Source: an uncultured delta proteobacterium (GTDB lineage Bacteria; Myxococcota_A; Polyangia; Fen-1088). From it: a stretch of DNA of 64,000 nucleotides. Positions 28,226 through 38,433 of this stretch are shown here, one piece after another. How positions within the stretch are numbered: position 1 is the stretch's first letter; every line of letters begins with the position of its first letter. The stretch covers positions 128,001-192,000 of the forward strand of contig CAVWIP010000002.1 of NCBI GenBank assembly GCA_963755125.1, given 5' to 3'. The translations under genes were made by a program, and so were the position numbers. The notes under the pieces were generated by a model. That model saw only the letters and a program-made list of their open reading frames with translations. It had not been told where the DNA came from and ran no database searches.

Positions 28226-28954
28226 TCAAGGCTTCGGCATCTTGAATCGGCTGGCGGGGATCTTCTCGTCGAATACCAGGCTGGTGATGCGGCCCTCGAC
28301 CGTGGTGGGGCCTGCGGTCATCTTCTCCAGGTACCAGGTCTTGATGCCCTTCACCGCGCGCCAGTCACCGAACACGAGCTTGTACGGGATGTCGCCGCCA
28401 GGAGAGGGCTGCGCACCGGTCTGCAAGACGCGCAGGTGCGTTTTCGCGTCGAAGCACAACACGGAAGGCTTGCCTCGCTTTTTCCGCAACTCCACGCATT
28501 CGAGATCGGCACCAGTCTCTGTCCGCACTTCCTGGGGTGGCGGCACGGAACTGACACTAAGGTAGAGGCTCGCCAGATCGGCCTCGGCGTTCCAGGCCCC
28601 ATTGATGCGGGCTTCTTCTTGCTCGGCGCCGTCGAGTATCCGGAGCCCGAAGACCGGATCCTGCGACCACGTTGCGTGGCCATCCGCGCCTTGGCGAAAA
28701 GTGCCAACGTCGCGCAGGGTGGACACACTCAGGTTCTTTCCGTCGGCAGTGGCCCAGTGCTCTTCGCTGCCGCTGGCGCCCTGGCCGGCCACGGTCAGGG
28801 CGCGCTTGATATGCACGCTGCGCAGCCGTTTCCATGCCGCCCGCCCACCGATGGCGTTGGCGTAGTCGGCCAGAATGGCCTGGGCCGGCCGGAGATGTGC
28901 CGCGCTTTCGGCCGGGGCTGCAGCCAACAGGGACAGGAGAACTGCGATGGTCAC
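28226..28954 (-). CDS. Secreted hypothetical protein (LolA-like/lipoprotein-sorting-like fold suspected)
   Basis: Signal peptide; AIGG.AAWKRLRS, FDAKTHL, FGDWRAVKGI, C-terminal F..P pattern. Confidence 0.6.
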   Translation of the reverse strand: MTIAVLLSLLAAAPAESAAHLRPAQAILADYANAIGGRAAWKRLRSVHIKRALTVAGQGASGSEEHWATADGKNLSVSTLRDVGTFRQGADGHATWSQDPVFGLRILDGAEQEEARINGAWNAEADLASLYLSVSSVPPPQEVRTETGADLECVELRKKRGKPSVLCFDAKTHLRVLQTGAQPSPGGDIPYKLVFGDWRAVKGIKTWYLEKMTAGPTTVEGRITSLVFDEKIPASRFKMPKP

Positions 28955-30402
28955 GGATGCGATGCTTTGGCCATGTCGAGGCCGGCGTCAAGTACGACGT
29001 CGTGGCCGGCCAAGAATCCCGCGCGGGTCTCGAACACCCGGCGGTCGGGCTGCACCCCGCGACCCTCGATGGACGCGCCCTTGGGCGTCTTGAAATCAGC
29101 CACCGGGATTTGCACCACAGCGCCACCCGGCAATTCCTCGATGATGGAGCCCAAGGCCGCGCCTGCGGTCGTGTCCCCGACCACCAGGGCGCGCTTCGCT
29201 TCTTGCAGCCCGGCAGTGAATATTTCGGAGGTCGAGGCGGTGCCCTCGTCGGTGAGGATGACCACCCGGCCGGCAAATGGTTTGATGCCCAGCGAGGCGG
29301 TGGTGGCCAAGGTGTTGGAGAAGTCACGATACACGATGGTCCCCAAAGTCAGCGGCGCGGTGCTGAGACGCGTGGCCAGAGGAATGACCATGGCGCCGAT
29401 GCCGCCCGGATTCCCGCGCAGGTCGATGATGATGGACCTGGCCCCCCGAGCCCGGAACCCGTCGATGGCTTTCTGCACTTCGCCGAGCACGGGCTGCAGC
29501 AGAAACACGTTGAAAGACACGATGCCGACCTCGCCGACCTGCCGGCTTGCGACTTGGGGGACCACGGGCGACATGTTGAGCACCTGGATGGCCCGCGCTG
29601 CAGGAGGATCGCGTTCCAGCATGACCTCGATGGGCCGATCGTTTTCGTCGAGACAGCGCAAACTCACGCGGCTGCCCACCAGTCCGGCCAGACGACGTGC
29701 CGCCAGTTGGCGCAGGCGGAATCGTTCTTCCACGGGTCGCAGCGCCCGGCCCGAGGCCGGCAGGGAATCGAGGGCACGGCCACCGATGTGGGTGACCAGG
29801 AACCCGGGCCGCAAGCCGGCGCCCGCGGCCGAGGAGCCGGGGCGCACGCGCGTGATGGTTGGCTTGCCTTCGATGATGCGCACGAGCAGCCCGGGATCGC
29901 CATAGTCGTCGCCAGCTTCGCGGATGGCGTCGGCGGCAGCGGTTCTGGTCTGCGGCGCCGAGATTTCGTCGGGTGGGGCTGCCGGTTCCTCGCCGGGGCC
30001 GTGCACCTGCAAGTGCGATTGCCCGAGCAGCCCGAGCATCTCGTTGAGCAGACGGTAGAAGGTCGGCTCGTCAGGCGCGGCCAACGCAAGGGGCTCGTAC
30101 TTCGTGCGCAGGCCGTCCCAGTCCAGACCGCCCAGTGTCTTGTCGAAGTGCTTATCGCGCACGGCAGTCCAGGCGCCGTCGAAGATCGCCTGCCGGATCT
30201 GGTTACCCGCCGAGCCGGGATGCCAGGGGCGGATTGCCGAGCCGCCGTCAGTCCCCAGCGGGACAAAAGCAGGCGGCTGGGTGGCGGCGGGCGCATCCGG
30301 TCCGGGCGTGGGGGCCGGAGCCTGCGGGGCCGGCGCGTGGCCCGCGCAGGCGGACAGGAATAGCGTGAGAAAAAGAGCGATGTGGCGATGGAAGGTCAAC
30401 AC
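28951..30402 (-). CDS. S41 family (C-terminal processing) peptidase lipoprotein with PDZ
   Basis: Lipobox LSAC; PDZ PGSSAAGAGLRPG; DLRGNPGG, TASTSEIF, GDTTAGA, IEGRGVQPD. Confidence 0.9.
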   Translation of the reverse strand: MLTFHRHIALFLTLFLSACAGHAPAPQAPAPTPGPDAPAATQPPAFVPLGTDGGSAIRPWHPGSAGNQIRQAIFDGAWTAVRDKHFDKTLGGLDWDGLRTKYEPLALAAPDEPTFYRLLNEMLGLLGQSHLQVHGPGEEPAAPPDEISAPQTRTAAADAIREAGDDYGDPGLLVRIIEGKPTITRVRPGSSAAGAGLRPGFLVTHIGGRALDSLPASGRALRPVEERFRLRQLAARRLAGLVGSRVSLRCLDENDRPIEVMLERDPPAARAIQVLNMSPVVPQVASRQVGEVGIVSFNVFLLQPVLGEVQKAIDGFRARGARSIIIDLRGNPGGIGAMVIPLATRLSTAPLTLGTIVYRDFSNTLATTASLGIKPFAGRVVILTDEGTASTSEIFTAGLQEAKRALVVGDTTAGAALGSIIEELPGGAVVQIPVADFKTPKGASIEGRGVQPDRRVFETRAGFLAGHDVVLDAGLDMAKASHP

Positions 30403-30459
30403 GTTTTCCAGTCTAGCTCTGCTCCCGTATAGAATCCCCTTCCTTCGGATGCACTTGCC

Positions 30460-32898
30460 GTGATCCCCCACCGCATATTTCCCCGATTGGGGTGGCCTGC
30501 CCTGGCGGCCCTGGTCGCGGCTTTGCCCTACGCGGGGCTCGCGCTGGGATGGAGCGCGCTGTACCACGACGACAGCCTGCGCTTCGATGTGCCCATGACA
30601 AGCCTGATCAACGAGGCGCTGTGCAGGGGTCGTTTGCCGCTGTGGAACCCCTACGTGGGCGTCGGCACTCCGTTGATCATCGACGTCAGCGCGCTGCCGG
30701 TCTACCCCGCCCGGATTCTTGGTTGCGGGTTACCGGCGGGACAAGCATTGGGCCTGCTCTTGCTGATCCAGCTAGGGGTGCTTGCGGCTGGAGCAACGGC
30801 CCTGCTGCGCGATCTGGGTGTGCTGCCCGCGCTGGCAGCCGCGGCCGGGGCTGCGCTGGCCCTGGCCGGACCTGCGCCGTCGTGGCTGACCAGCCCGGCC
30901 TACCTGACCTCGCTGTCGTTCTTCCCCTGGACGCTGCTATTTGCCCGGCGTCTCGCTTCCGGCCAAAGGCTGGCACCCATCGGACTGGGCGCAAGCGTTG
31001 GTCTGGCGACGCTGGGAGGCGACGTGCCGGGTACGCTTTTTGCCACGGCAGTGGGGCTGCTGGTGTGGTGGGGGGCATGTCGGGCCCGTCGGCGCGCGCG
31101 GGCGTCGGCGGACGCTTCCTGGCGTTGCGACCTCTTGCGGCTCGCCTGTGCCGGCGGCCTCGCCCTGCTCATCGGCTCGGGAAGCTGGGTGCCGCTTCTT
31201 TGGTTTCTGCAGAGGTCGGTTCGCGGCGGCGGCATTTCTCCCATGGAAGCCGGGCAATGGTCGCTTTCTCCGGTGGACCTGATCGGGCTCTTGCTTCCGA
31301 ATCCACGCGGCCTGCCACTGCCCGAGTTCACTTTCTGGCAGTTTCGCACGCTGGGCAGTGAACGGCTTTTCGTGCACAGTCTTTACGTGGGAGCCACGCT
31401 GGCGGGCTTCGGGTTGTGGGGATTCTGGCGTGAGCGAAGGGATGTTTTCGTGCGCTGGGCGGCTCTGGCGGCGTTGCTGCTGGTGATTCTGGCGACTGGG
31501 GCCGAGACACCCTTGTGGACGGTGACGCATGGGATTTTCACCTACTTCCGCTATCCATCGAAGCTGGCACCCTACGCGGTCATTCTTCTCGGTGTGGTGG
31601 GTGCGCTGAGCCTGTCGCATTCCCTCGGTGATGGGCGACGGCTGGCCCAGGTGGCGGGCGCTGTGGCGGCATTCTGCACACTCGGCGCCCTGCTTGGGCC
31701 ATCGGTTCAGGCACACTTCGCGCGTGGCGCGGGCGCGCCCGACGATGTCGTGCGACGGGCGGGCGAAGCCCTGAGACTCGACGGGGCGCGCGCTGCCGCG
31801 GTTGCGGCGGCGGTGCTGGTGCTGTGGTGGCTGGCGCGAAGACGGCGCGTCGGCGGTCGTGCCTTGCCAGTGCTGCTCGGCGGCTTGCTCGTGCTTGACT
31901 CCTTGCTGGCTGGATTGGACTTGCACTGGACCGCCCCTCCGGCCGCGCTATCCCGGCCTGCGTGGGCACCGGAAGTGTCGCCCTGGGGACCGCGTGTTCT
32001 GCGCAGCCAGGTTCTCGACCAGAATCGCCTTGGGCTCGACGCCGCCGCCTATCGCGCTGAGCAGATGCGCAAGCTGGCGGAGCTACTGCCCAGTTCCAAC
32101 CTTTCCCACCACATAGGCGCGCTCTTTGGTTACGGACTGGCGCTTGCTGACCCTGCCAAGCGAATCGCTGCGCTGTATGACGCTGACGGCGTGGCGCTGG
32201 CCGAGGCCACGGGTTGCGCTGTCGCCATGGCGCCTCGCACCCGCCGGCTGGCCTGGGCCGTCGCGGGTATGGCTTCGGGACGGCTCAGCCTCGCCAGCCT
32301 GTCGCCTGATGCTGCGATCTTCTCGGTCGTCCGCAGACTGCCGCGCGCCTTTCTTACCACTGGTGCGCGTATCGTCGCGCCGGGCACCGAAGCGACCGTT
32401 CTGGCCGCTGCCCGGGAGCGGCCCGCAGTGATCGTCACAGCCGGCGAGGCGCTGGTGCACGGCCAGTTCACCTCGGTGGCCATTCCCTCCGGAGACGTCC
32501 TGCTGGGCGGACCAGGCGAAATGGTGGAGGTCAAGCCGGTGAATTGGCTTCCCGAGCGCGTGCGTTTCGATCTGGTCGCGCCCGGCCCGCGGCTCTTCGT
32601 ACTGCTGGACGCGTTTGCCGAGGGCTGGCGCGTCTCGCTGGATGGGGCTGAAGCGCCCATCCTGCGGGTGAATTCCGTCGGACGCGGCGTGATCGTGGCC
32701 GCAGGCGCGCACACACTTGAAATGCGCTTCCAACCCTTGGCGCTCAGGCTGTGGCCGTGGATTTCCTGGCTGTCGCTGCTGGCGGTTGCCGTGGCCGCGG
32801 TGATGGTTCGTCGTCGGAGCGGCCAGACTGAGCGCAAGCCGAAGGACAATCGGGCGTCGGCAGTATCCGACGTCCAACCTGACAGGAACTCGGCCTAG
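30460..32898 (+). CDS. YfhO-like multi-TM membrane protein (probable GT-C glycosyltransferase)
   Basis: GRLPLWNPYVGVGTP, FRYPSK, C-terminal LLDAFAEGWRVSLDG...RGVIVAAGAHTLEMRF. Confidence 0.8.
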   Translation: MIPHRIFPRLGWPALAALVAALPYAGLALGWSALYHDDSLRFDVPMTSLINEALCRGRLPLWNPYVGVGTPLIIDVSALPVYPARILGCGLPAGQALGLLLLIQLGVLAAGATALLRDLGVLPALAAAAGAALALAGPAPSWLTSPAYLTSLSFFPWTLLFARRLASGQRLAPIGLGASVGLATLGGDVPGTLFATAVGLLVWWGACRARRRARASADASWRCDLLRLACAGGLALLIGSGSWVPLLWFLQRSVRGGGISPMEAGQWSLSPVDLIGLLLPNPRGLPLPEFTFWQFRTLGSERLFVHSLYVGATLAGFGLWGFWRERRDVFVRWAALAALLLVILATGAETPLWTVTHGIFTYFRYPSKLAPYAVILLGVVGALSLSHSLGDGRRLAQVAGAVAAFCTLGALLGPSVQAHFARGAGAPDDVVRRAGEALRLDGARAAAVAAAVLVLWWLARRRRVGGRALPVLLGGLLVLDSLLAGLDLHWTAPPAALSRPAWAPEVSPWGPRVLRSQVLDQNRLGLDAAAYRAEQMRKLAELLPSSNLSHHIGALFGYGLALADPAKRIAALYDADGVALAEATGCAVAMAPRTRRLAWAVAGMASGRLSLASLSPDAAIFSVVRRLPRAFLTTGARIVAPGTEATVLAAARERPAVIVTAGEALVHGQFTSVAIPSGDVLLGGPGEMVEVKPVNWLPERVRFDLVAPGPRLFVLLDAFAEGWRVSLDGAEAPILRVNSVGRGVIVAAGAHTLEMRFQPLALRLWPWISWLSLLAVAVAAVMVRRRSGQTERKPKDNRASAVSDVQPDRNSA

Positions 32899-32932
32899 TC
32901 AGTCGACGAGGCGGATCGAGGGCCGGCGTCGA

Positions 32933-33583
32933 TCAGTGGAGCTTGCGATAGACGCCAATCACCACGCCGAGCAGATTTACGCTGCGGAAGTCCCGCTTGC
33001 GCACCACGATGGGATCCATGCTGGCGTTGGCAGGCTGAAAGCGAATGGAGTCGCCTTCCGGGTAGTAGCGCTTGACCGTGGCCTCGTCGCCGATCATCAC
33101 CACCACCACCTCGCCCGCGCTGGCCTGGAGTTGCTTGCGCACGAACACGTAGTCCCCATCCAGGATGCCGTCGTCGATCATGGACTCGCCCTTGATCCGC
33201 AGGGCGAAAACTTCGCGGCTTTGTCCGATGAAGAAGCGATCCACTTTGACCGTGTCCTCGTAGTTGCGCACCGCCAGCAGCGGCTGCCCGGCCGCGACCT
33301 TGCCGAGGATGGGCACGTCGATGGTCTGGCCGGTCGCCAGCAGGGGGCGCAGGGCGCGTGACTTGAGGTCCTCGCGCTGCAGGTAGCCCTTCTTCTCCAG
33401 GGCACGCAAGTGATCGTTCACTCCGTTGGTGGAGCGGATGCCGAAGTGGCTGCCGATCTCTCGCAAGGTCGGCGGATAGCCGCACCGGCTGATCGATCCG
33501 GAGATGAAATCAAGCACCTCGCGCTGGCGGTCGGTCAGGTCGCTGGCAGGATCATCGTCGCGCACGACAGTCAGGTGGCCCAT
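32933..33583 (-). CDS. lexA: LexA repressor
   Basis: [29 protein letters not shown]; cleavage site VAAG, catalytic GESM and ATVKR. Confidence 0.96.
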   Translation of the reverse strand: MGHLTVVRDDDPASDLTDRQREVLDFISGSISRCGYPPTLREIGSHFGIRSTNGVNDHLRALEKKGYLQREDLKSRALRPLLATGQTIDVPILGKVAAGQPLLAVRNYEDTVKVDRFFIGQSREVFALRIKGESMIDDGILDGDYVFVRKQLQASAGEVVVVMIGDEATVKRYYPEGDSIRFQPANASMDPIVVRKRDFRSVNLLGVVIGVYRKLH

Positions 33584-33605
33584 GGGCGCTCCTCTCGCGG
33601 GGTTA

Positions 33606-33645
33606 CTGAACAAACGTATGGTACGGAACATATGTCCCGTGTCAA
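33606..33645 (-). promoter_or_regulatory. lexA promoter (TTGACA-16-TACCAT) with two putative LexA boxes
   Basis: -35 at 33645-33640, -10 at 33623-33618; boxes CTGAACAAACGTATGG (33606-33621) and CGGAACATATGTCCCG (33624-33639). Confidence 0.75.
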
Positions 33646-33773
33646 GTTCAGCCCCATAACGCCGTGCGGCTTTGTCAGTTGACCGCGACCTTCTGGCGAC
33701 AGCGTTTGCGGCGGCGGCGACGGACTTCAGGATTTGCACGCAACTTTGGCGGAGCCACGCCGACAAGCATGGC

Positions 33774-34832
33774 ATGAATGAGATCCCGACCAGTCCGACT
33801 CTAGCAGCGATCGTCGGGGACGACCCCGCGCTCCGTCTGGTGCTGGCCCGTGCGGCGCGGGTGGCGCCCACGCGCATCCCCGTGCTGGTGACTGGCGAGA
33901 GCGGAACCGGCAAGGAACTGCTCGCCCGCGTCCTGCACGAGCTGGGGTTCCAGCCCAAGGGACCCTTCGTCGCCGTCAACTGTGGCACCCTGGCCCGCGA
34001 ATTGGCGGAGAGCCAACTCTTCGGCCATGAGCGCGGCGCTTTCACGGGCGCCGGATCGCGCCGCACGGGCTGGTTCGAGGAGGCCGCCGGGGGCACCCTG
34101 GTGCTCGACGAGATTGGCGAGTTGCCCGTGGACCTGCAGCCCAAGCTGTTGCGCGCGCTGGAAACCGGGCGCATCCGGCGGGTAGGAGGCAGCGGCGAGA
34201 TCGCCGTGCAGGTGCGTGTGGTGGCCACCACCCTGCGCGACTTGCGACGGGACGCCCAGCGCGGATCGTTCCGTCTGGATCTCTTCCATCGCCTGGCCGG
34301 TTTCGAGTTGCGGCTGCCACCCTTGCGCGACCGACCAGGGGACGTTCTTCGCCTGGCCCAGCACTTCCTGCGCGAGTTCGAGTCCGACCTGGGGCCGCGC
34401 GCCCTCGCGACCGAGGCCGTGCGCAAGCTGCTCGCGCATGACTGGCCCGGCAACGTGCGTGAGCTACGTCACGTGATCCGGCGGGCCGCGCTTCTGACCA
34501 GTGCGGTGATCGATGCCCCCAGCGTCGAGGTCGAAGCGCCGGGCGACCGCGCGGCGGGGACGTCGCAAGCGGCGGATACTTGCGGGCCTTTGCCGGCTGT
34601 GGCCGACTTCGCCCGGTCAGCAGTGGCGCCGCCGGTCGACAATGATCTCCTTCCTTTGCGCAACAAGTCCTTCGAGCAGATCCAGTCCGACGTGTTCGTG
34701 TGGGCGCTCCGCCGCAATGGCAACAGTCGGCGTCGTGCCGCTGCGGCGCTGGGCATTTCGCGCTCCACCTTCTGCGACCGAGTCAGGAGGTTGGGGCTTG
34801 TCCCCGGTGCCGCGCTCGCCAGCCAGTGCTAA
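33774..34832 (+). CDS. Sigma-54-dependent activator (bEBP) lacking an N-terminal sensory domain
   Basis: [38 protein letters not shown]-terminal Fis-type HTH. Confidence 0.9.
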   Translation: MNEIPTSPTLAAIVGDDPALRLVLARAARVAPTRIPVLVTGESGTGKELLARVLHELGFQPKGPFVAVNCGTLARELAESQLFGHERGAFTGAGSRRTGWFEEAAGGTLVLDEIGELPVDLQPKLLRALETGRIRRVGGSGEIAVQVRVVATTLRDLRRDAQRGSFRLDLFHRLAGFELRLPPLRDRPGDVLRLAQHFLREFESDLGPRALATEAVRKLLAHDWPGNVRELRHVIRRAALLTSAVIDAPSVEVEAPGDRAAGTSQAADTCGPLPAVADFARSAVAPPVDNDLLPLRNKSFEQIQSDVFVWALRRNGNSRRRAAAALGISRSTFCDRVRRLGLVPGAALASQC

Positions 34833-36133
34833 TCCCCGCCGGGCGGTTTGGCTACGCCGGCAGCGGGATCACTGGACGGCGGCGGCGCCGGGCTTGGCGC
34901 GGGGGGCGGGGGTGGGGGCTCATGGTCCGTGACTCGCATCGACGGCGGTTCCTGATCCGGGCTCTGGATGATGGCAGGTGGTGCAGGCGGAGGCGGTGCG
35001 GGTGGCGGTGCGGGATCGGCGGACGGCGGCGCGGGAGCCTCGGTTGCGGTCACCGATTCCGTCGGGTTTCCAGGCTGCGGCGGAGGCGGAGGAGCAAGGG
35101 GCACTGTGGCGGGTAGTCCCGCCCCGTAGGCCGCGGAGGGAGCGCCCGACGTGGGCGCGATCGGCTTCGGGCCCGACGCCAAGGCGCCGAACGGCGAGGT
35201 CTTCAGCCATTCTGGTTTCCCCATGTGGTTGAGCGGTCCCCGGATGCGAAATCCGTAGAACCCATCCGGGCGCTTGCCCTTGTCGTCGGCGAAACTCAGC
35301 AGGGTACGCAGCTTCTCGGAACTCTTGAGCAGAGTGTCGCTGAGCTTGAAGCGGACGTAGAGGTCCAAAGACGAAGAGGCGAGGGAGTCGTTCAGTTTGA
35401 TTTCGCCCTCCACGTAGAATTCGCCGTCGGGCGACTTGGACTGCACGCCCTGCAGGTGGCCCACGCCCTTGTCGATGGGCACGCGTCCTACGAGATTGCC
35501 GAGGCGAATCTTGGGGAGTCCCAGACCCTCGGCCAGAAAAGGGTCACCCGGTATGATCAGCTTGGCTTTGCCGTCGCCCACAACGCAGGCGCTGCACGTC
35601 CAGGTCAGCGAACCCACGGTCGCCGAGGCACGTGGGCCGGGCGTTCTCGCGTCGAGGCGCAGGTCCAATGTGCCGGAGAGCGGCAGGTTGGTGGCGGCCT
35701 TGACCCACGGAATTTCGGACAGATCGATCGCCGTCGCCGATACGTGCAGCCCGCTCTCGGTCTTCTTGCGGGTGGTCTCCAGGTCCAGGTCGCCGCCGAA
35801 GAGGTTGGCATAGATCTGGAACGTCCTGTGGCCGGCCAGTGCTCCCAGGAGCGACCAGCGGACCTTGGCCACCGGGATCACGATGCGCGTGGGCTTGCCT
35901 CCGCCCGACGGACGCGAGGAGATGGTGACGTCCTTGAATCGGATGCCGAGACCCAGCGCGGGACCCGCCGACTTGACCTCCACGTCGTAACCTTGCTGCG
36001 AGGCCAACGCCACCAGATAGTCCTTCGCTCGGCCGTAGGGCAAGGTCAGAACGAAGACCAGCAAGAACACCAACAGACCAAACGCCGCGGTGGCTCCGAC
36101 TTTCCAAAGACGGCGCAAGCGATCGCTCATCAT
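34829..36133 (-). CDS. gspN: Type II secretion system protein N
   Basis: N-terminal TM followed by LPY, beta-rich body, Pro-rich tail; last gene of the gsp operon. Confidence 0.75.
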   Translation of the reverse strand: MMSDRLRRLWKVGATAAFGLLVFLLVFVLTLPYGRAKDYLVALASQQGYDVEVKSAGPALGLGIRFKDVTISSRPSGGGKPTRIVIPVAKVRWSLLGALAGHRTFQIYANLFGGDLDLETTRKKTESGLHVSATAIDLSEIPWVKAATNLPLSGTLDLRLDARTPGPRASATVGSLTWTCSACVVGDGKAKLIIPGDPFLAEGLGLPKIRLGNLVGRVPIDKGVGHLQGVQSKSPDGEFYVEGEIKLNDSLASSSLDLYVRFKLSDTLLKSSEKLRTLLSFADDKGKRPDGFYGFRIRGPLNHMGKPEWLKTSPFGALASGPKPIAPTSGAPSAAYGAGLPATVPLAPPPPPQPGNPTESVTATEAPAPPSADPAPPPAPPPPAPPAIIQSPDQEPPSMRVTDHEPPPPPPAPSPAPPPSSDPAAGVAKPPGGD

Positions 36134-36137
36134 GGAA

Positions 36138-36767
36138 CTAGCCCTTCCCCTTCGCCGGGGTCTTCTTGCGCTGATCCTGCTTCACCCGCTCGTAGGCTGT
36201 GGCGGTCAACTCCACATCAAGTTTGTCACCCTCGCCGAAACTGCGCCGGATCTGCAAGCGCGTGATCGCGATGAGCCGAGGATTGGTTTCGATCTTGCTG
36301 AGAAAGGTGGCCAGTTCCTTGAGACCCACCTTGCGCAGTTTCACATCCAGGCTGTGCTCCAGGTAGCGCTTGCCCGCGGGACTGGGCGGATGATCCACGG
36401 CCTCCGGAATCTCGATGCCGGCCTCCTTGCCGGCCGCTTCGAGATCGGCGCCCAATTGCGGCGGCTCGACGCCGATACGCGCTTCCTGCGAAATCATGCG
36501 CGACTTGGCGTCCAGGTATTCGTCGCGATGCTTGGCGATGTCGGCGAGCGCCTCGCGGGTGTCGTCGTTGCTGGTGCTCAGTTCCTGCAGCGAATCGATG
36601 ATGAGGTAGCCTGCCAGCAGAAGAGCGAGTGTGACTACGGCGCCGGCCAGAATCGAGATGAGTTTGCGCTCGCGGACCGCCATCCGGTTCCATTCGGCGG
36701 TCGCATAGGCAAAGGGTCGTCGCAGGCCGCTCGCAAACTTTGCTATCAGACGTTTGATGAATCCCAC
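36138..36767 (-). CDS. gspM: Type II secretion system protein M
   Basis: W..MAVRERKL plus TM, coiled coil, ferredoxin-like LATFLSKIE; operon position. Confidence 0.8.
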   Translation of the reverse strand: MGFIKRLIAKFASGLRRPFAYATAEWNRMAVRERKLISILAGAVVTLALLLAGYLIIDSLQELSTSNDDTREALADIAKHRDEYLDAKSRMISQEARIGVEPPQLGADLEAAGKEAGIEIPEAVDHPPSPAGKRYLEHSLDVKLRKVGLKELATFLSKIETNPRLIAITRLQIRRSFGEGDKLDVELTATAYERVKQDQRKKTPAKGKG

Positions 36768-36774
36768 GGTTTCC

Positions 36775-38415
36775 TCACGGGCACTTCGAGTTGATGACCA
36801 GGCTGAACTGCTTTCCGCCTCCGCTGACCTCGGTGAGTGGGCCCTTGTTGATCTCTTGGAAGCAATCGATCTCCTTGAGCTTGGCTACCACATCGTCGAG
36901 CGATGCCGCAGAATCCACCGTGCCCTTGATGCTGGTCTTCTTGGCCTTGATGTCGAGATCCTCCACGTCGATGGCCACCTGATCGGCAGGGGGCATCTTG
37001 CGCGAGATCCGATCGAGCAGATCGTAGGCGGTGACCCGCGGCAAGGGCGCCATCTCGTCGTGCAAGGAACGCCGCAGCGCCGCCGACACCTCGGTCGCGT
37101 CAGAGCGGGCTTCCCCAAACAGTTCCTTGGTGGCGACTTTGAGTTTCTCTCTCAACTGCTGCTGCTCGCCCGACAGACGCTTGAGTGCGATGGTTCCATC
37201 CACGGCGGCACACGCCAGAAGCGCCCCGACCAAAAGGGCCAGGTGCGTGGCCTTCTGGCGCACGACTGAGAAGCTGGCGCGGTACAAGAAAGGGCCGCGC
37301 CGCAGGTCCAGCTCCCTGTGACCCCGCACGCCGGCCCAGGCTAGGGCAAACGCCAAAGCCATACGCGCGCGGCTTGCCGAACCTTCCTCGTCGACCACCG
37401 ACACCTCTCCAATCTCGTCGCTCCCTGGCGCCTCCTCGACTGCGGGCTCGGGCGGGGCCGGCCAGAGACTGGTGGGGATGCCCAGCTCTTCCTGGAGAAA
37501 CTCGGCCAGTCCCTGCAAGCGCGAGCCGCCTCCGGCCAGCATGATGGCCTCCACCGGCATCTTGTTGTGCGCGCGGAAGCTGGCCAGGGTCTGGCGCAGG
37601 TCACGCAGGAACGAAGCCAGCGCCTCCTGCAGCACCCCACCCAACTGGCGTTGTGCGGGGGTGGTGGGCTGCCGCGCGCGGCTGGGCACGAATCCATGCG
37701 TATGCTTGGCCTGCTCGGCCTGCGTGAAGCTCCACTTGTTCCCCGAGGCGCGCACCAGGGCCAGAGTCAACTCCTCGCCCGCGTGGTTGCTGGTTCGACC
37801 GAACACCGCCTCATCGCCGCGGAGGAAACAAAGCTGGCTGTGCCGGTGGCCGAGGTCGATGAACAGGCGGCAGCCGGCCGGTGTGTGCTGAGCGCGCGTG
37901 GGTTCTTCGGCCAGCAGCGCGTGATAGATGACCGGGGTGGCGTAGAGGGTGCGTGGTTCCACCCCGCACTGCTTGAGCGAAGCGAGAAAGGCCGCAATCT
38001 CCTCGCTGCGCGCCGCGACCGCCATGGCACGCGAGCCGGCGGCTTCGCTCTCACCTGTGCCTGACGCCGACAGGATGACGTGGTCCATGACGACCTCGGA
38101 CAGGTCGTGCATGATTTGCCCCTCCAACTCGTAGCCCACCACCTGTTCCACCTTGCGCGCATCGGAGAAAGGCAGGTCGAGCACGCGCAAGGCGAGCATC
38201 TCACCAGGCAGCGCCATGGTGATGGTCGACTCGGACGGCAGACGCGCCAGCCCCGCGCGCAGCGCCTCGGCCCGTCGCTCGGCCAGCGGCGCTTCGCCTG
38301 CCGGCACGGGCTCCTCGAAGGACGTGTTGACACGCGCACGGCGGAAACCCGCGTTGAAAACCGCGAACTTGACCGACCAGGATCCCAGGTCGATTCCGGT
38401 GATGGTGTGAGCCAT
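36775..38415 (-). CDS. gspL: Type II secretion system protein L (PilM-like actin fold plus PilN-like part)
   Basis: GIDLGSWSVK, LDLPFSD, IDLG, LAGGGSRL, TM, periplasmic domain. Confidence 0.85.
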   Translation of the reverse strand: MAHTITGIDLGSWSVKFAVFNAGFRRARVNTSFEEPVPAGEAPLAERRAEALRAGLARLPSESTITMALPGEMLALRVLDLPFSDARKVEQVVGYELEGQIMHDLSEVVMDHVILSASGTGESEAAGSRAMAVAARSEEIAAFLASLKQCGVEPRTLYATPVIYHALLAEEPTRAQHTPAGCRLFIDLGHRHSQLCFLRGDEAVFGRTSNHAGEELTLALVRASGNKWSFTQAEQAKHTHGFVPSRARQPTTPAQRQLGGVLQEALASFLRDLRQTLASFRAHNKMPVEAIMLAGGGSRLQGLAEFLQEELGIPTSLWPAPPEPAVEEAPGSDEIGEVSVVDEEGSASRARMALAFALAWAGVRGHRELDLRRGPFLYRASFSVVRQKATHLALLVGALLACAAVDGTIALKRLSGEQQQLREKLKVATKELFGEARSDATEVSAALRRSLHDEMAPLPRVTAYDLLDRISRKMPPADQVAIDVEDLDIKAKKTSIKGTVDSAASLDDVVAKLKEIDCFQEINKGPLTEVSGGGKQFSLVINSKCP

Positions 38416-38433
38416 GAGTGCCTAGCCTCGTTC

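Noticed and set aside
33584..34453. 506-aa ORF suggesting a LexA N-terminal fusion
   Set aside because: The extension is the antisense shadow of the bEBP gene; the promoter and boxes lie inside it, so the real start is 33583.
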